A stretch of DNA of 64,000 nucleotides, taken from assembly GCF_044704955.1 (NCBI RefSeq), contig NC_091999.1, forward strand, positions 6,820,001 through 6,884,000, written 5' to 3'. Below the pieces are notes generated by a model. The model searched no databases. It was not told the DNA's origin and worked only from the letters and a program-made list of their open reading frames with translations. Shown in pieces: positions 11,885-23,269 of this stretch (position 1 is its first letter; every line of letters starts with the position of its first letter). The DNA comes from Pristiophorus japonicus (Eukaryota). The position numbers and the translations under genes are program-made.

Positions 11885-12425
11885 TAGAAAGACAGACTTG
11901 CATTTATATAGCGCCTTTCACCACCACCGGACGTCCCAAAGCGCTTTACAGCCAATCAAGTACTTTTGGAGTGTGGTCACTGTTGTAATGTGTGGGAAAC
12001 GCCAATTTGCGCACAGCAAGCTCCCACACACAGCGATGTGATAATGACCCAGATAATCTGTTTTTTGTCATGTTGATTGAGGGATAAACATTGGCCCCAG
12101 GACCCCGGGGATAACTCCCCCTGCTCTTCTTCCAAATAGTGCCCTGGGATCTATTACGTCCGCCCGAGAGAGCAGACGGGGCCTCGGTTTAACGTCTCAT
12201 CCGAAAGACGGCCCCTCCGACAGTGCGGCGCTCCCTCAGTACTGCCCCTCCGACAGTGCAGCCCTCCCTCAGTACTGCCCCTCCGACAGTGCGGCACTCC
12301 CTCAGCACTGCACTGGGAGTGTCGGCCTGGATTTTTGTGCTCAAGTTCCTGGAGTGGGACTTGAACCCACGACCTTCTGACTGCGAGCGAGAGAGAGAGA
12401 GAGAGAGTGCTGCCCACTGAGACAT
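11885..12425 (-). mobile_element. tRNA-derived Deu-domain SINE (SacSINE1-like)
   Basis: tRNA-like head with A/B boxes, core GCCGTCTTTCGGATGAGACGTTAAACCGAGGCCCC and L2-like tail; internal 33-bp repeat. Confidence 0.8.
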
Positions 12426-12677
12426 GGCCGGCACTGTGGTGAGACAGCTGGCATAACATTTGGCATTGGCACTGGGTTAGTTGTTGGATTGGGTGGGTGA
12501 GAGAGTGGGTGAGGGGGTGGGTGAGTGAGTGGGTGGGGGGGAGGGGGTGAGGGGGTGAGGTTGAGGAGATGGGGGTGAGGGGGTGGGGAGTGAGGGTGAG
12601 GGTGAGGGTGTGAGGTGGGGAGTGAGGGTGAGGGGGTGAATTAGACCTCGGCTGGGTCAGTTACATTACAAGGACAG

Positions 12678-12683
12678 TTTAAT
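12678..12683 (-). promoter_or_regulatory. Polyadenylation signal ATTAAA of the IgSF gene
   Basis: tttaat on + strand, about 90 nt after the predicted stop, near the end of the unique island. Confidence 0.55.
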
Positions 12684-12774
12684 GGTCTGCACAGTCGATT
12701 GTTGAAGCATTCTCTGTCTCCAAATGAGGAGTCAATGGGAATCCGGGAATCACTGAACCTTCATTGTTGACACT

Positions 12775-12790
12775 TCATGAGACTTGTTGA
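12775..12790 (-). CDS. Coding part of the terminal exon (S-QQVS-stop); 3' UTR runs to about 12660
   Basis: Acceptor ctcatttcttttcatttcAG; phase-2 entry gives (AG)T CAA CAA GTC TCA TGA; unique non-repeat sequence with a downstream poly(A) signal. Confidence 0.65.
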
Positions 12791-12859
12791 CTGAAATGAA
12801 AAGAAATGAGGTTAGAAATCAGCTGGAGACCCGGACAGGTAAAAGTGTTGCTCAAAGTG

Positions 12860-14010
12860 TCTCCGTATTTAAGGAGGGATATACTTGCTTTGGAGGCAGT
12901 TCAGAGAAGGTTCACTCGGTTGATTCCGGGGATGAGGGGGTTGACTTATGAGGAAAGGTTGAGGAGGTTGGGCCTCTACTCATTGGAATTCAGAAGAATG
13001 AGAGGTGATCTTATCGAAACGTGTAAGATTATGAGGGGGCTTGACAAGGTGGATGCAGAGAGGATGTTCCCACTGATGGGGGAGACTAGAACTAGGGGGC
13101 ATGGTCTCAGAATAAGGGGCTGCCCATTTAAAACTGAGATGAGGAGGAATTTCTTCTCTCAGAGGGTTGTAAATCTGTGGAATTCTCTGCCCCAGAGAGC
13201 TGTGGAGGCTGGGTCATTGAATATGTTTAAGGTGGAGATAGACAGATTTTTGAGCGATAAGGGAGTGAAGGGTTATGGGGAGCGGGCGGGGAAGTGGAGC
13301 TGAGTCCATGATCGGATCAGCCATGATCTTATTGAATGGCGGAGCAGGCTCGAGGGGCCGAATGGCCGACTCATCTCAGTTTTAAATGGGCGGCCCCTTA
13401 TTCTGAGACCATGCCCCCTAGTTCTAGTCTCCCCCATCAGTGGAAACATCCTCTCTGCATCCACCTTGTCGAGCCCCCTCATAATCTGATACGTTTCGAT
13501 AAGATCACCTCTCATTCTTCTGAATTGCAATGAGTAGAGGCCCAACCTACTCAACCTTTCCTCATAAGTCAACTCCCTCATCCCCGGAATCAACCGAGTG
13601 AACCTTCTCTGAACTGCCTCCAAAGCAAAGTATATCCTTTTGAAAATACGGAGAGCAAAACTGCACGCAGTACTCCAGGTGTGGCCTCACCAATACCCTG
13701 TATAACTGGAGCAAGACTTCCCTGCTTTTATACTCCATCCCCTTTGCAATAAAGGCCAAGATACCATTGGCCTTCCTGATCACTTGCTGTACCTGCAGAC
13801 TAACCTTTTGTGTTTGATGCACAAGGAACCCCCAGGTCCCGCTGTACTGCGGCACTTTGCAATCTTTCTCCATTTAAATAATAACTTTGATTTTTTTCTG
13901 CCACAGTGCATGACCTCACACTTTCCAACATTATACTCCATCTGCCAAATTTTTGCCCACTCACTTAGCCTGTGTATGTCCTTTCGCAGATTTTCTGTGT
14001 CCTCCTCACA
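12860..14010. mobile_element. Two CR1 3' fragments in inverted tail-to-tail arrangement (12860-13365 +, 13370-14010 -)
   Basis: Near-identical ORF2 C-terminal peptides on opposite strands (ORFs 12806-13303 + and 13273-13623 -). Confidence 0.88.
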
Positions 14011-14129
14011 CGTGAGCTGGGGTTTTATTGCGAATGTCAGGTGACTGGGTTAACCACCCACAGTGCAACAGTTCTACAACTATTTGAAGCAGAACTTTAA
14101 ATCAAGTGTCCGCCTTTGGTAAGGGCACT

Positions 14130-14545
14130 CGAAACCTCAAATTTCCCCAAAAAACTTTCACGGAAATTTAGATCTAATTAAAATTTGGGTGCCGGGGTTG
14201 ATGATGCACTCCAGTCCCTCCGGCGCCTACCTCTGGCGGAAGGCCGCGAGCGTACCGGTGGACACCGCCTGCTCCATCTCCAGGGACACCCTGGCTCGGA
14301 TGTAACCGCGGAAGAGAGGCGGGCAGTCGGGCTGAACGACCCCCTCGACCCCCAGGAGCAGGCCCACGAGGAGGCCCTCCGCACAGGGTGCCCAAAGATC
14401 AGGAGCGAGGGACGGAGGTGCAGGCAGAATTTGAGGAGCAGCCCCTTCAGATATTGAAAGAGGGGCTGCAACCTCGCACACTCAACCTACACGTGGAATA
14501 CGGACTCCCCCAGACCACAGAGAGCGTCGCTCCCAGAAACCCGTG
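14130..14545 (-). mobile_element. Tx1/L1-clade LINE 3' fragment
   Basis: LQPLFQYLKGLLLKFCLH..PSLLIFGHPV and DCPPLFRGYIRARVSLE..AVSTGTLAAFRQRW resemble the ORF2 C-terminus of Tx1-like elements. Confidence 0.6.
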
Positions 14546-14549
14546 AGCA

Positions 14550-16180
14550 TGCGCGCGGACACGCGCTCTGCGGTCTCTAAATTGTCAGACGGCTTGTCCG
14601 ACATCCAGTACCGGAGGGGCAGAACTTTTCTCCAACTGAATATCGGGAAGGCCGAAGCCATTGTCTTCGGTTCCCACCACAAACTGCGTTCCTCAGCCAC
14701 CGACTCCCTCCCTCTCCCTAGCATCAATCTGCTGCTGAACCAGACTGTTCCCAACCCAGGCGTGATATCTGACCGCGAAATGAGCTTCTGACCACGTATC
14801 CATAGCCGAACTAAGACCCGCCTATTTCCCCCTCCGTAACGTCGCCCGTCCCCGCCCCCTGCCTCAGCTCATCCGCTGCTGAAACCCTCACCCGTGCCTT
14901 TGTTACCTCCAGACTTGACTATTCCAACGCACTCCTGGCCGGCCTCCCACATTCTACCCGACGTAAACTCGAGGTGATTCAAAACTCGGCTGTCCCCGTG
15001 TCCTAACTCGCACCCAGTCCCGCTCACCCATCACCCCCTGTGCTCACTGCCCCCGTGTCCTAACTCGCACCGAGTCCCACTCACCCATCACCCCCTGTGC
15101 TCACTGCCCCGTGTCCTAACTCGCACCGAGTCCCACTCACCCATCACCCCCTGTGCTCACTGCCCCGTGTCCTAACTCGCACCCAGTCCCACTCACCCAT
15201 CACCCCCTGTGCTCACTGCCCCGTGTCCTAACTCGCACCCAGTCCCACTCACCCATCATCCCCTTTGCTCGCTGCCCCGTGTCCTAACTCGCACCAAGTC
15301 CCGCTCAGCCATCATCCCCTGTGCTCGCTGCCCCATGTCCTAACTCACACCCAGTCCCACTCACTCATCACCCCCTGTGCTCACTGCCCCGTGTCCTAAC
15401 TCGCACCGAGTCCCACTCACCCATCACCCCCTGTGCTGACTGCCCTGTGTCCTAACTCGCATCAAGTCCCGCTCAGCCATCACCCCCTGTGCTCGCTGCC
15501 CCATGTCCTAACTCGCACCCAGTCCCACTCACTCACCACCCCCTGTGCTCACTGCCCCGTGTCTTAACTCGCACCCAGTCCCACTCACTCATCACCCCCT
15601 GTGCTCACTGCCCCGTGTCCTAACTCGCACCCAGTCCCACTCACTCATCACCCCCTGTGCTCACTGCCCCGTGTCCTAACTCGCACCGAATCCCGCTCAC
15701 CCATCACCCCCTGTGCTCGCTGCCCCCGTGTCCTAACTCGCACCAAGTCCCACTCACTCATCACCCCCTGTGCTCACTGCCCCGTGTCCTAACTCGCACC
15801 GAATCCCGCTCACCCATCACCCCCTGTGCTCGCTGCCCCCGTGTCCTAACTCGCACCAAGTCCCACTCACCCATCACCCCCTGTGCTCGCTGACCTACTT
15901 TGGCTCCCGGTTAAGCAACGCCTCGATTTCAAAATTCGCATCCTTGTTTACAAATCCCTCCATGGCCCCTCCATATCTCTGTAACCCCTCCAGCTCCATA
16001 ACCCCACTGAGATGCCTGCACTCCTCTCATTCTGCCCTCCTGACCATCCCTGATTATAATCGCTCCACCATCGCTGGCTGTGCCTTCTGTTGCCTGGGCC
16101 CCAAGCTCTGGAACTCCCTCCCTAAACCTCTCCGCCTCTCTACCTCTCTCTCCTCCTTCAAGACGCTCCTTAAAACCTCG
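14550..16180 (+). mobile_element. L2-like LINE 3' fragment containing an internal tandem array
   Basis: FLQLNIGKAEAIVFG, AFVTSRLDYSNALLAGLP and GPKLWNSLP...SFKTLLKT motifs. Confidence 0.8.
14990..15890 (+). repeat. About 57-bp tandem array derived from the L2 element (about 15-16 copies)
   Basis: Unit ccccgtgtcctaactcgcaccgagtcccactcacccatcaccccctgtgctcactg. Confidence 0.92.
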
Positions 16181-16184
16181 TCCT

Positions 16185-16700
16185 CGACGTGGACCAGGCC
16201 CAACATCCCCAGCATCGAAGCACTGACCACACACTCGACCAGCTCCGCTGGGCAGGGCCACATTGTCCGCATGGCCCCCAGACACGAGACTCCCAAAGCA
16301 ACGCTCCACTCGGAACTCCTTCACGGCAAGCGAGCCAAAGGTGGGCAGAGGAAACGTTACAAGGGACACCTTCAAAGCCTCCCTGATAAAGTGCAACATC
16401 CCCACCGACACCCGGGAGTCCCCGGCCCAAAGACCAGTCCCGGCCAAAGTGGAGGAAGTGCATCCGGGAGGGCGCTGAGCACCTCGAGTCTCGTCGCCGA
16501 GAGCGCGCAGAAAGCAAGCGCAGGCAGCGGAAGGAGCGTGCGGCAAACCAGTCCCACCCTCCCCTTCCCTCAACCACTGTCTGTCCCACCTGTGACAGGG
16601 ACTGTGGTGCTTGTATTGGACTGTTCAGCCACCTGAGAACTCACTTTTAGAGTGGAAGCAAGTCTTCCTCGACTCCGAGGGACTGTCTATGATGATGATT
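16185..16700 (+). mobile_element. RTE-clade LINE 3' fragment (related copies at about 21795-22380 -, 31550-31830 +, 46700-47200 +, 52755-53280 +, 62375-63070 +)
   Basis: QLRWAGHIVRM..TRLPK..LYSEL..GKR..GGQRKRY and terminal C2H2 finger CPTCDRDC.SRIGLFSHLRTH; (GAT)n tail. Confidence 0.8.
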
Positions 16701-16755
16701 ATTGGCTCCCTCCTCTCCTGTTGGGGGTGAGCTGGATATTAAATCACTAACCTAC

Positions 16756-16837
16756 CTTTTCTCGTCCAGACATGGGATGGTGTCCATTTCAAGACCCCTC
16801 TGTTGCCAAAGGCTGTCTCTCTGCTTCCGGTAAATGC
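16756..16837 (-). CDS. Cytoplasmic exon 1
   Basis: Unique island between repeats. Acceptor ccctttctcttcctgcAG, donor AG|gtaggt; 82 nt, phase 1-2; open frame GIYRKQRDSLWQQRGLEMDTIPCLDEK. Confidence 0.72.
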
Positions 16838-17219
16838 CTGCAGGAAGAGAAAGGGTGAAATAAATCAGCCTCACACTAAAATGGCCTTGATCCACCTATC
16901 TGTCTGCCTGGGCTCCGATCATACGAACATCAGAAATGGGAGCAGGAGTCGGCCATTCGGCCCCTCGAGCCTGCTCCGCCATTTAATACGATCATGGCTG
17001 ATCCGATCATGGACTCAGCTCCACTTCCCCGCCCGCTCCCCATAACCCTTCACTCCCTTATCGCTCAAAAATCTGTCTATCTCCGCCTTAAATATATTCA
17101 ATGACCCAGCTTCCACAGCTCTCTGGGGCAGAGAATTCCACAGATTTACAACCCTCTGAGAGAAGAAATTCCTCCTCATCTCAGCCCCTTATTCTAAGAT
17201 TATGCCCCCTAGTTCAAGT

Positions 17220-20200
17220 AGAAATGTAGAAAATAGGTGCAGGAGTAGGCCATTCAGCCCTTCGAGCCTGCACCACCATTCAATGTGATCATGGCTGATC
17301 ATTCCTTCATTAACCCTTTCCTGCTTTCTCTCCATACCCCTTGATCCCTTTAGCCGTAAGGGCCACATCTAACTCCCTTTTGAATATATCTAATGAACTG
17401 GCCTCAACAACTCTCTGCGGTAGAGAACTCCACAGGTTAACAACTCTCTGAGTGAAGAAGTTTCTCCTCATCTCAGTCCTATGTGGCTTAATCCTTATCC
17501 TTAGACTGTGTCCCCTGGATCTGGACTTCCCCAACATCGGGAACATTCTTCCTGCATCTAACCTGTCCAATCCCGTCAGAATTTTATATGTTTCTATGAG
17601 ATCCCCTCTCATCCTTTTAAACTCCAGTGAATACAGGCCCAGTTGATCCAGTCTCTCCTCATATGTCAGTCCAGCCATCCCGGGAATCAGTCTGGTGAAC
17701 CTTCGCTGCACTCCCTCAATAACAAGAACATCCTTCCTCAGATTAGGAGACCAAAACTGAACACAATATTCAGGTGAGGCCTCACCAAGGCCCTGAACAA
17801 CTGCAGTAAGACCTCCCTGCTCCTCTACTTAAATCCTCTCGCTATGAAGGCCAAAATACCATTTGCCTTCTTCACCGCCTGCTGTACCTGCATGCCAACT
17901 TTCAATGACTGATGAACCATGACACCCAGGTCTCGTGGCACCTCCCCTTTTCCTAATCTGCCGCCATTGAGATAATATTCTGTCTTCGCGTTTTTGCCCC
18001 CAAAGTGGATAACCTCACATTTATCTACATTATACTGCATCTGCCATACATTTGCCCACTCACCTAACTTGTCCAAGTCACCCTGCAGTCTCTTAGCATC
18101 CTCCTCACAGCTCACACCGTCACCCAGCTTAGTGTCATATGCAAAATTGGAGATATTACACTCAATTCCTTCGTCTAAATCGTTAATGTATATTGTAAAT
18201 AGCTGGGGTCCCAGCACTGAACCCTGCGGCACTCCACTAGTCACTGCCTGCCATTCTGAAAAGGATCCGTTTATCCCGACTCTTTGCTTGCTGTCTGCGA
18301 ACCAGTTCTCTATCTACGTCAGTACATTACCCCCAATACCATGTGCTTTAATTTTGCACACCAATCTCTTGTGTGGGACCTTGTCAAAAGTCCAAATATA
18401 CCACATCCACTGGTTCTCCCTTGTCCACTCTACTAGTTACATCCTCAAAAAATTCCAGAAGATTTGTCAAGCATGATTTCTCCTTCATAAATCCATGCTG
18501 ACTTGGACCAATCCTGTCACTGCTTTCCAAATGCGCTGCTATTTCATCTTTAATAATTGATTCCAACATTTTCCCCACTACTGATGTCAGACTAACTGGT
18601 CTATAATTACCCGTTTTCTCTCTCCCTCCTTTATAAAAAGTGGTGTTACATTAGCTACCCTCCAGTCCATAGGAACTGATCCAGGGTCGATAAACTGTTG
18701 GAAAATGACCACCAATGCATCCACTATTTCTCGGGCCACTTCCTTAAGTACTCTGGGATGCAGACTATCAGGCCCTGGGGATTTATCGCCCTTCAATCCC
18801 ATCAATTTCCCTAACACAATTTCCTGCCTAATAAGGATATCCTTCAGTTCCTCCTTCTCACTAGACCCTCGGTCCCCTAGTATTTCCGAAGGCTATTTGT
18901 GTCTTCCTTCGTGAAGACAGAACCAAAGTATTTGTTCTGCTGGTCTGCCATTTCTTTGTTCCCCATTATAAATTCACCTGAATCTGACTGCAAGGGACCT
19001 ACGTTTGTTTTCACTAACCTTTTTCTCTTCACATATCTATAGAAGCTTTTGCAGTCAGTTTTTATGTTCCTGGCAAACGTCTTCTGGTACTCTATTTTCC
19101 CCTCTGAATTAAACTCTTTTTCCTCCTCTGCTGAATTCTAAATTTCTTCCAGTCCTCAGGTTTGCTGCTTTTTCTGGCCAATTTATATGCCTCTTCCTTG
19201 GATTTAACACTATCCTTAATTTCCCTTGTTAGCCACGGTTGAGCCACCTTCCCTGTTGTATTTTTACTCCAGACAGGGATGTACAATAGTTGAAGTTCAT
19301 CCGTGTGATCTTTAAATGTTTGCCATTGCCTATCCACCGTCAACCCTTTAAGTATCATTTGCCAGTCTATTCTAGCCAATTCACATCTCATACCGTCGAA
19401 GTTATCTTTCCTTAAGTTCAGGACCCTAGTTTCTGAATTAACTGTGTTGCTCTCCATCCTAATAAAGAATTCTACCATATTATGGTCACTCTTCCCCAAG
19501 GGGCCACGCACAAGATTGCTAATTAGTCCTTTCTCATTACACATCACCCAGTCTAGGATGGCCAGCCCTCTAGTTGGTTCCTCGACATATTGGTCGAGAA
19601 AACCATCCCTAATACATTCCAGGAAATCCTCCTCCACTGTATTGCTACCAGTTTGGTTAGCCCAATCTATATGTAGATTGAAGTCGCCCATGATAACTGC
19701 TGTACCTTTATTGCACACATCCCTAATTTCTTGTTTGATGCTGTCCCCAACCTCACTACTACTGTTTGGTGGTCTGTACACAACTCCCACTAGCGTTTTC
19801 TGCCCTTTGGTATTCCGTAGCTCCACCCATACCGATTCCACATCATCCAAGCTAATGTCCTTCCTTACTATTGTGTTAATTTCCTCTTTAACCAGCAATG
19901 CCACCCCGCCTCCTTTTCCTTTCTGTCTATCCTTCCTAAATGTTGAGTACCCTGGATGTTGAGTTCCCAGCCTTGGTCACCCTGGAGCCATGTCTCCGTG
20001 ATGCCAATTACATCATATCCATTAACTGCTGTCTGCGCAGTTAATTCGTCGACCTTATTCCGAATACTCCTCGCATTGAGGCACAGAGCCTTCAGGCTTG
20101 TCTTTCGAACACACTTTGCCCCTTTAGTATTTTGCTGTAATGTGGCCCATTTTGCTTTTTGCCCTGAGATTTCTCTGCCCTCCACTTTTACATTTCTCCT

Positions 20201-20287
20201 TTCTATCTTTTACTTCTGCCCCCATTCTACTTCCCTCTGTCTCCCTGCATAGGTTCCCATCCCCCTGCCATATTAGTTTAACTCCCC
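17220..20287 (-). mobile_element. CR1 LINE with nearly complete but disrupted ORF2 (APE endonuclease plus RT)
   Basis: NARSI, GITETW, MGDFN, SDH endonuclease motifs; [29 protein letters not shown] motifs; frameshifts present. Confidence 0.93.
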
Positions 20288-20594
20288 CATCAGTGGAAAC
20301 ATCCTCTCTGCATCACCTTGTCAAGCCCCCTCATAATCTTATACATTTCGATAAGATCACCTCTCATTCTTCTGAATTCCAATGAGTAGAGGCCCAACCT
20401 CCTCAACCTTTCCTCATAAGTCAACTCCCTCATCCCCGGAATCAACCGAGTGAACCTTCTCTCAACTGCCTCCAAAACAAGTATATCCTTTCGTAAATAT
20501 GGCAACCAAAACTGCACGCAGTACTCCAGGTGTGGTGTGTCTGCCTGTGTACCTGGACTCCAATCTACCTGTCACTCTCTGTGTCTGACAGTGT

Positions 20595-21215
20595 CAGCTG
20601 TGGCTCAGTGGGAAGGACACTCAACCACAGAAGGTCGTGGGTTCAGGTCTCACTCCAGAGACTTCAGCACATAAATCTAGGCCGACACTCCCAGTGCAGT
20701 ACTGAGGGAGTGCTGCACTGTCAGAGGGGCAGTACTGAGGGAGTGCCGCACTGTCGGAGGGGCAGTGCTGAGGGAGCGCCGCACTGTCAGAGGGTCAGTG
20801 CTGAGGGAGCGCTGCACTGTCGGAGGGCCAGCACTGAGGGATTGCAGCACTGTCGGAGGGGCAGTACTGAGGGAGTGCCGCACTGTCGGAGGGGCTGTCT
20901 TTCGGATGAGACGTTAAACCGAACCCCATCTGCCCTCTCAGGTGGATGTAAAAGCTCCCATGGCACTATTTGGAAGAAGAGCAGGGGAGTTATCCCCGGT
21001 GTCCTGGGGCCAATATTTATCCCTCAATTAACATAACAAAAAAACAGACTATCTAACTCATTATCACGGTGCTGTGTGTGGGATCTTGCTGTGCGTGAAT
21101 TGGCTGCTGTGTTGCAACAGTAACTACACTCCAAAAAGCACTTCATTGGCTGTAACGTGCTTTGAGACGTCTGGTGGTCATGAAAGGCGCTATATAAATG
21201 CAAGTCTTCCTTTCT
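20595..21215 (+). mobile_element. Deu-domain SINE with internal 33-bp expansion
   Basis: TGGCTCAGTGG A box, GGTTCAGGTCT B box, Deu core and tail. Confidence 0.8.
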
Positions 21216-22747
21216 TTCACGTGGAATAGGACAGCTCGGTGTAATTAGCTGACGGTAATCGCTCCCAGAGTGCACGGCGATTTCCTCTGGTCCATTCCCG
21301 TGTAAGGGTACGTACCTATTTTCTTGGAACAAGGCACAGGAAGAGGCCACGACTAAACTGTTTTCGAGTAAAAAAACTTGTGGACTACCTGGGCGGGGGA
21401 AAAGGCACCAGCCTGAGGCTAGTGGTGACTCATCACCCATTAAGAACAATCTCTATGGTCGAGGACTAAACGTGGTTTTGCGTACAGACAAAGACATTGA
21501 TACTGTCTCTCAGCAGAGTCCTGGCATTGGTTGGCCATAGGGGCAGTAAAACAAGTCACTCCAGAGACTACAAGTCTGCAAGAAATCAGGAGCACAAAGG
21601 AACCCTACAAAATGCACATTTTTGGATAACGGGGCATTAAGGATAAGGAGTTATCTTTTGCACTGTCGACTCCATGTGCAAATTAGTAGCCATTTAAACT
21701 CTCCACAGCCAGTTACACAAATCAACACAGCAATCCAGATGCATTCATCGGAACCTGGCCCAGCAGGAAAATTATTCATACGATGGATATAATTATCATC
21801 ATAGGCAGTCCCTCGGAATCGAGGAAGACTTGCTTCCACTCTAAAAGTGAGTCCTCAGGTGACTGAACAGTCCAATACGAGAGCCACAGTCCCTGTCACA
21901 GGTGGGACAGACAGTGGTTGAGGGAAGGAGAGGGTGGGACTGGTTTGCCGCACGCTCCTTCCGCTGCCTGCGCTTGCTTTCTGCACGCTCTCGGCGACGA
22001 GACTCGAGGTGCTCAGCGCCCTCCCAGATGCACTTCCTCCACTTAGGGCGGACTGGTCTTTCACCAGGGGCACCCAGGTGTCGGTGGGGATGTTGCACTT
22101 TATCAGGGAGGCTTTGAGGGTGGTCCCTTGTAACGTTTCCTCTGCCCACCTTTGGCTCGTTTGCCGTGAAGGAGTTCCGAGTAGAGCGCTTGCTTTGGGA
22201 GTATCGTGTCGGGGCATACGGACAATGTGGCATGCCCAGTGGAGCTGGTCGAGTGTGTGGTCAGTGCTTCGATGTTGGCCTGGTCGAGGACGCTAACGTT
22301 GGTGCGTCTGTCCTCCCAGGGGATTTGCAGGATCTTGCGGAGGCATCGTTGGTGGTATTCCTCCAGCGACTTGAGGTGTCTAACGAACACAAGAAGACAA
22401 AGACAGAGAAACAGAACGTACACAGTAGGAACTGCACTGCAGAGAACGGACAGAAGAAGAATCAACCGCACACAGAATCAACAACCACAAACCTACAATA
22501 ACTACAGCCAGGAATGGTGATTGTATGTCTTCAGTCAATTTCTCTCAGAAGTCTAGTCCTGTAGTTTTTAGTCATTTTTTGTTGCGTGATAAAACGGACA
22601 CTGGGTTAAGCCTAAATTTTGTGCCACAGGTTGTCCTTCTCCCACTATAAGTTCCGAGGTCTATGGATTAGGGTAGAGTATAAAACAAATACACACCTTA
22701 CACCCGTTAACCAATCCCCCCACCTCCCCACCACCTTGTGCACGTAC

Positions 22748-22885
22748 CTGTTCTCTTCTGCCTGCAGGTCCTGATGCCGTGGGAGACGCAGAGGATGATG
22801 ACAGTGTAGACGAGTAGCCCGCAGACTGCGTAGAGAATCCAGTGCCAGGCCGAGACCCCATGACCGTTGATGAGTATCCAAGACC
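22748..22885 (-). CDS. Connecting peptide plus transmembrane exon
   Basis: Long pyrimidine tract ending ccgcacAG, donor AG|gtacgt; 138 nt, phase 1-1. Translation GSWILINGHGVSAWHWILYAVCGLLVYTVIILCVSHGIRTCRQKRT is a hydrophobic span followed by a basic stop-transfer stretch. This frame is not in the ORF track. Confidence 0.85.
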
Positions 22886-23269
22886 CTGTGCGGGGGGGAG
22901 GAGCGAGGGGGGAAAGCAGAGGGTTTGAGAGCTCAGCCTGTTCCTCGTACCGAAATTACCTTCGCTCTCGGCAATCCGCCCTGGGTTATCTTCAGCCACA
23001 GAGTGGGGAGCTGTTCAACCGTGGTGGGGTGGCGGAGATGGTGGGACGCATCGCCCACCCCACCCCCGCCCCCAATTCAGAGGCGTGGGTGGGAGGAACA
23101 TTCACCTCAGCAGCACATAGCCAACCCCCCTCCCCCCACCCCCCAGGGGGCGATGTTGGTCAGTGCGGAAAGATGCTGAAAATAGGACGACAAAAATCTT
23201 CAGAAGCCCATAACGAGCCCGACTGTCCCAGGGATCGTGTCCGTACTTACGGGGAGGATCGATGAGGGC

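Noticed and set aside
20595-20670. tRNA gene
   Set aside because: A and B boxes belong to the SINE head; no cloverleaf, and it continues into the Deu core.
22661-22999. Ser/Thr-rich 112-aa ORF from the track
   Set aside because: It is an alternative frame over the TM exon; the splice-defined phase-1 frame gives the hydrophobic helix.
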